Source: Lingula anatina
Taxonomy: Eukaryota; Animalia; Brachiopoda
DNA length: 64,000 bases
Direction: 5' to 3'
NCBI GenBank assembly: GCA_051362555.1
Contig: CM120644.1
Coordinates: forward strand, 8,936,954 to 9,000,953
Shown here: piece after piece, positions 58,168-64,000 of the stretch
Layout of the letters: each line of letters begins with the position of its first letter
Position numbering within the stretch: position 1 is the stretch's first letter
The notes under the pieces: generated by a model
Seen by the model: the letters and a program-made list of their open reading frames with translations, nothing else
What the model was told of the DNA's origin: nothing
Databases searched by the model: none
Program-made: the position numbers and the translations under genes

Positions 58168-61100
58168 ACACGCACTTTGCATAGAACTGACAATTAAGTT
58201 GAGTTTCAACAAAATGCAGACAGCATTTGAATTATCTTAATTTCACAAAACAAAGAGCTTATAGTCTCTTGGGTTCCAACCTTCAACACAGTTGAATTTC
58301 TACGTATTTTGTCAGTTTCTTGCTATCCCCGCCAGAGTTTTCACCTTCATCTTTTTGGATCGATTTCTGCCCGGTTTCAATGCTGTGAGGCTCGATGGTT
58401 CACTGTGAGGCACACGGCCCCAGCGGTTTCACTGGATAAAAAAGGGAGAAAATACAAAATGGCTTTTTATGGAATCAGTTGCATTTGCAAGACATTGCTC
58501 CTGGTTTCCCTGCGTTGTACCTTCTTCTGTTTGTATTGGTTGTATTTTTCGTGTCATAATATATCAACAGTACAAGTTATATGTATCAAAAGAGCTATGT
58601 TCGACCAAAAACCAATTCATTCTGCGTTCAGGCTCAGAAGATCAACTGTTTAAGCTTAATTCACCGTACATTGTAATAGACTAATCTGCCAAAATGTTCC
58701 TTTGGGTACAATAATTGGCTTAGAACTTGTTTCTCACCCTTTATTCTATTTTCATAGGAACTGTATTTCAATGTCTTAATTATGGAAAGAAACTCTCATC
58801 CTTGCAGTTTTCGTGTCAACTACACACAGGTTTTCTCTCAGCGATGTATATACTAAACGACAAAAGGAATTCCGTTGTTTTTTTGTTTTTTTTTTCAAAC
58901 AATCAAAATGATGAGCCGTGTCTGAGTCTAACCCAAATTTTGTCGACGACTAATTTTTTAAACATTTTAAAATGTATTATTTTTAAGAACAGTCATGTTG
59001 GCTACAGTAGTATTTATTTGACACGCACGGCCATCAAATTCAGCATTTTAAGCAGGTCTGTAGCCAAAGTATACAATTGGGGTTCTTTTTTTTTTTTTTT
59101 TTTTTTGCCTAGAAGCGGACCCGTTTACCCCATTAGCTGACCAAAATAAAAATTGCCATGGAACCTATTTAATTCAAAGCGGACCTTCTTTATCTTTCGA
59201 AGCCCTGACCCCCCAACCCACCCCCTGTCTACAGGCCTATTAAAATCAAAAGGACGCAAACCGCCCCAGATGACAATTTTGATAATTTGGATAATACTGC
59301 TACTTGGTGATCTACAAAGGCTTGTTTATGTGTTGGAGCATACTGAATTACTGGTCAATCGATTCGCTTGTCAAGGAGACCTGTCTAAATCTGAAAGTAG
59401 TGACTTTGAAAAAAATGTGCCCATGCGAGAGGCGCGGAACGTATACTTTCTACCATGTCGACTAATCAATATGATACGTATTACTACCATCTCTCCTTTT
59501 AATCAATATATACACCCGTTTTTACAACAAAGTCAAAAATACTTCCTTGTGGTACAATTCGTATATATATTCCAATGATTGGATGTAAAGCAGACTAAGA
59601 AGCTGCTACGTGCATTAGCTAGGCTCTAGTATTATCATGTCCTTTAATTCCCAACGCGCCGTTTTTAAAAGGAAACGGCACCTATTAACCGATGAAAGGA
59701 GGTCCATTTCAAACACGCAAAATCGTCACTATGCTGTTTTGACGAATTACGTTGCCTGCCTCCAGGGAATGAGGTCTAAAAACCATACCCAAGGAACACA
59801 TTTCAAGAGAATCGACGATGGTAATCTTTTCAATGAATAAAAATTGGTAAATAAATGAATAAATAACTTGATGAAAGAGAATCTTCTCTTATCAACCAAA
59901 CTTTCCGAAGTGTCTTCATATTTTATCAGATTAGAAGAAATGTGCCAGTTTCATACATATGGTTTCTTCGTATTCATTTATTTATTCATTGTTATATTTA
60001 TTCATCTATTTATTTCGCATTTCATTCTTTTGGGGTCCAAGTTAAAAAAAGACATCACTACTTTGAGGAAACAAAAAGGGCAGATGCTTGGAAGAAACAA
60101 GAGATGGAATCGCCATCAGGACATGCTTAATTATCAATTGACGTAAGTTAATGATCAGTTTAATGAGGGTCCTGTAAGCATTTTCTTCTTTATGCTTTTT
60201 CGATTCTCTGAGGAGTAAGTTTCAAAGAAAACGACACCGGGAACGTGCACGGAAAACAGTTGATAAGGTAACAATGAAAAAATACCAGCTTCTTGGTCCC
60301 CGGTGACTAGTTTCGTTAACCAAAACATATCTAAATGTAACTATTTCTCCTGGGATTGGTCAAATGGGTGATTCTTTTAAAGAAGAAGAAAAAAATCTTA
60401 TTTATAATCTTCGTGGTTTTCACTCCCTCGGGAAATATGTGATAGCTGTCCACCATTGGCTAGTTGCCATTGCGCGACCAATGTGAGTCACACGTGGCTC
60501 CCTCGAGTCCTAACAACTGATACCTCGCTATCCGCTCTGTTATAAACATGTCGTTTATGGTTTCCAATTCACGATACTCCCAAGAGACAACACTTCGTCG
60601 TTTGATCGAAATGAATGACAGCTTTAAGCATTTTTAGGTCAATTCATCAGTATTGTCATTTTTGCATTTCGAGGCAATCCTTCTTGCCAACAAAATGTGG
60701 TTCATTAACGCTTTTCTCTGTGATCTCTCTCTATATTGCTGTTTCTAGCCCGAGGAGACCCGTAGCGATTGCATGAAATGTTTTTCAAAGGGAGTCGCTA
60801 CAAAATAATGAGATGACTGACTTAAATAATAATTTAGCAAGGGTAAGAACTTGGATGAAGAATTTTACGTTTAAAAAAGGATTTCATCATTTAAGCAATG
60901 CACAGACTACGTTTTTATTATTTTTTGTACGAGCAGAAAGAACAGATCTCTTCTTGTTTTGAAAATTATTGTCTCTGATAAAAATGAGCCATACGTTAGA
61001 CGGACAGGTTAATATGTATCTTAAGGACGCACGGCTATGAAATATATATCAAAATAAGGATAATTTTCTTGCTGAATACCAAAATATATATTACCACCAC

Positions 61101-61324
61101 AACTTGTGCGTCTTAAGCATGCTACCTCATTTTGAACTTTAAGAGAAGTCCATTATATTGAAGATTGAGATCACTTGCAAAGACAAAACAGTAGCAAGGA
61201 TGGCATAGAATTACACCCAAAGGGGCCAAAGTTAAATGAAAAAGATATGCTTAACGCGTCTGTATAAAATTTTTACTGGTAAATAGGACAACTTTAGTCA
61301 ACATAAAGAGAAACGTTTCGATTT

Positions 61325-61370
<46 letters not shown>

Positions 61371-62099
61371 TTTCACGTTCGATCATTATCGATCCATTCC
61401 ATGTCAGTATCACATTCAAACCGAACACGAATCCTAATATTAATTCCTATTCATCATACTGAGGGAGCATGCACCCGCTGTCAAGTCATGTAAACTTTAT
61501 CTGGCGTAAAAGCACTAAAAAAAAACGTCGATTTTTGACCGCAGGATTTCCAAACGCAACAAAAAACAGGCGAAGACAGAAAACAGTTGCATTGAATATT
61601 GGAATTAACGCTCGATTCGTCATATCAAATTCCTGGTAATCGCTTCCCGGGAATCTGCCGAGCATCTGAGAATTCAAAACCCAGTAACAAGAACTAAGCG
61701 CCAACGGGCTTCGTTAATCAACAAGGGAAGCGCCAAAACAATATTGGCAAGGGTACAAAACGCCTTGGAGCGGTCAATCTTAAATAGAAACATTTTCCAA
61801 AGGCAGCGCAACAGCACAAAGGGATCCGCTAGACCGCGCGAGGAGGAAGACCAACGATTCTCAGATCTCAGATAATTGAGTTGGAAGAAGACTTAGAATT
61901 ACAAATTCTCTCGGTCAGTGGAGATATAACAGCAACTTTGGCGTTTCGACGACAAGACGTGAACTACAGATGCTTCAAGCGCTCGTTTGAATTAAGAATA
62001 AAGCGCTGAGGTCGATCATTGAGTTGGATGTAAACCTACAACCGGACACGAACAAGACCTGTATTGGAATTCTTTGTTGAATGACCATCGTTAAACAAT

Positions 62100-62854
62100 A
62101 TGGAGATTGGAAACGAAAAAGAAAAAATGAATTTGTCAAACGGCGAAGTAAACCAGCCGCTCACAAAACAGGAAGAAGATGACACAGCAATACATAATTT
62201 GCACGACGGAGAAAAGCAAACGCTCAATGAAAACGTTCAAGTCAAAAAGAATCTCACCGAATATGAAGAGGCTAAGCAGAGAAATCCAGAGGACGGGGAA
62301 TCACAGGTTTCACCTTCAGATCGAGAGGAGGTAAAATACGCTCTATCAGAGGATGAAGATCCTGAGCACAGTCCCCGGATGTTGTGGACAAATAAAAAGC
62401 TGGTGATAGCACTAGTGATAGCTCTCATTATCACAGTGATAGTGGCAGCTGTGGTCGCCTTTATACTGCAGAATTATGGTGAGTGTGTTAGATGTGACAA
62501 CGTTACAGAATGTGCTGGTTGTCATTATGTACTGTAGTACATGAAACTGAGTCAAATTGAACTGTGTTTTGAGACTGTTATTCTTCTTCTAATTATTATT
62601 ATGCATTTTGCTAGAATATATTCAGCGTTTATATTCGGCGGGGTGTTTTAAGTTTAATGGCTTGTTTATTAATGATTGTGATGTAAAGGGATACTTAAAA
62701 ACAGTAAAACAACATAGTTGTTGAATTATATCGGCATGTTTACTCGTATGTTAGTAAAACAAGATATGCTCATGATATTTCTCACAATCAGTATTTTGTC
62801 ACTATTAACGTCTATGCACTGTGCTTTTCAGACCCACACAAACCAGAGTTTTAA
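62100..62854 (+). CDS. Single-pass membrane protein with an acidic disordered N-terminus (tail-anchored, or first exon of a type II protein)
   Basis: Exon 62100-62478 encodes a charged region then KKLVIALVIALIITVIVAAVVAFIL and ends at a strong G|GTGAGT donor. The nearest good acceptor (TTTTCAG, exon from 62832) gives DPHKPEF* at 62854, 133 aa in total. The second exon is uncertain. Confidence 0.6.
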
Positions 62855-63493
62855 AGCAATAATTTTCACCCAAAGGGTTAAACTTGTCTGATGTTGATCA
62901 CGAGAAGGATCAATTTTAAGGATGCTCAGCCATGGGAATTGACTATGGCAACATCGTTTGTTGGTGACATAGGCGAATCATACCAGAGAGAGAGAGAGGG
63001 GGGGCAGTGGTGACGTCATCAAAGGGATTGGGGGAAACTGTGACGTCATCAAAGAGATTAGGGACGCTCCGACGTTATATCGACATCTCACTATTGTTTA
63101 TCTTGTATAAAGTATAATGTACGTGTACCTGAACTGAAGCGGTTGAAATAGTATGAAGCAAACCTTAAAGAAACAGTAAGCAGCAGATGGAAAGAAGGGA
63201 CCTTTCAGAGAAGTTTGTTTTGTGATTACCTTCCATATTTTATTGTATAATTCGTGTTTTTAATAAACTTTTTGAATTGGAATATTAACATTTCAACTAG
63301 AGATACAGGGCAAGTGGGCTGCATTGCTTACATAATCATTTTAAAGCAAACGCCGCAAACACATAAAATTATAAATAGCCAAAATTTTATCTTACTCGAT
63401 TTCTAGAATAGTTTATAGAATATGTATCGTCATTACTGTTCTTGTTCTCTTTTCAAATGTTCGTAACCAGTAAATTGTCTGTATAGCATTAAA

Positions 63494-63557
63494 GTATCTA
63501 TGAAGATCTACTATAAAGCTGTTATATGTAATCTTTGTAGTAGATCTTCATAGATGC
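63494..63557. ncRNA. Pre-miRNA-like hairpin (candidate)
   Basis: GTATCTATGAAGATCTACTATAAAG, a 14-nt loop, then CTTTGTAGTAGATCTTCATAGATGC: a 25-bp stem with two G-U pairs on the plus strand. No known miRNA recognised. Confidence 0.35.
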
Positions 63558-64000
63558 ACCAGTATTATAACTTATTTACTTTTTAAGATCCATACGGTGA
63601 TTTGATATGAATCTTATAGTATTGAAGCAATCGAATCAAACTCCTTCATTACCGATCGAAAATCATATTTTATCGTAGAAGAGAATAAATAAAACTCTCT
63701 TCAAACAGGATAGGAAGGCTATGATTGCTCTGGTAAGGTAACGGAGATTACTCATGGACAACATATGCTTATTTAATGACATAATTTTAATGCGAAAGAA
63801 TAGTGGTGTATAAGGGAAAGATATTGTAAAAAAAAAATAATAGGAAATTAAAGAAAATGATACACAATTGAAATTAAAGATACTATTTCAACTACTATTG
63901 TTATGAAAAGATTTCACATGTCACATGTACAATGTAGGCAATGCAGAGCGTGCTAAGACAAAAATGCACGAACGGAACATACGTCGACACATTTAAACCA

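Noticed and set aside
57049-60146. Cluster of 60-140 aa ORFs between ZSWIM2 and the 62100 gene
   Set aside because: No domain motifs, no consistent exon chain, and composition typical of AT-rich non-coding DNA.

Overview
AT-rich, intron-containing animal genomic DNA, probably from a lophotrochozoan or mollusc (inference from gene, peptide and repeat content). Four recognisable multi-exon genes were assembled by hand from GT-AG junctions: a MINPP1-like histidine acid phosphatase (+, 13418-18566), NDUFS1 (-, 21598-30170) head-to-head with elongation factor 1-beta (+, 30919-34057), and ZSWIM2 (+, 47319-55082). A small single-TM protein gene starts at 62100. The main find is absent from the ORF track: a tandem duplication (~32980-37350 and ~37490-43850) carries two spliced genes for secreted 8-cysteine CS-alpha-beta defensin/myticin-like peptides (35947-36409 and 42746-43245). 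Their signal peptides and cysteines are conserved while the mature regions are hypervariable. The same duplication made an almost identical second EF1-beta terminal exon. Four tandem repeats straddle splice junctions in NDUFS1 and ZSWIM2 and multiply the splice sites. The rest holds many transposon relics (TTAA, TA and 3-bp-TSD DNA elements, an Academ-like 3.8 kb element, a Tc1 relic, a solo LTR, LINE pieces, a Polinton-type DNA polymerase fragment) and a pre-miRNA-like hairpin near the end. Coordinates were counted by eye and may be off by a few bases.
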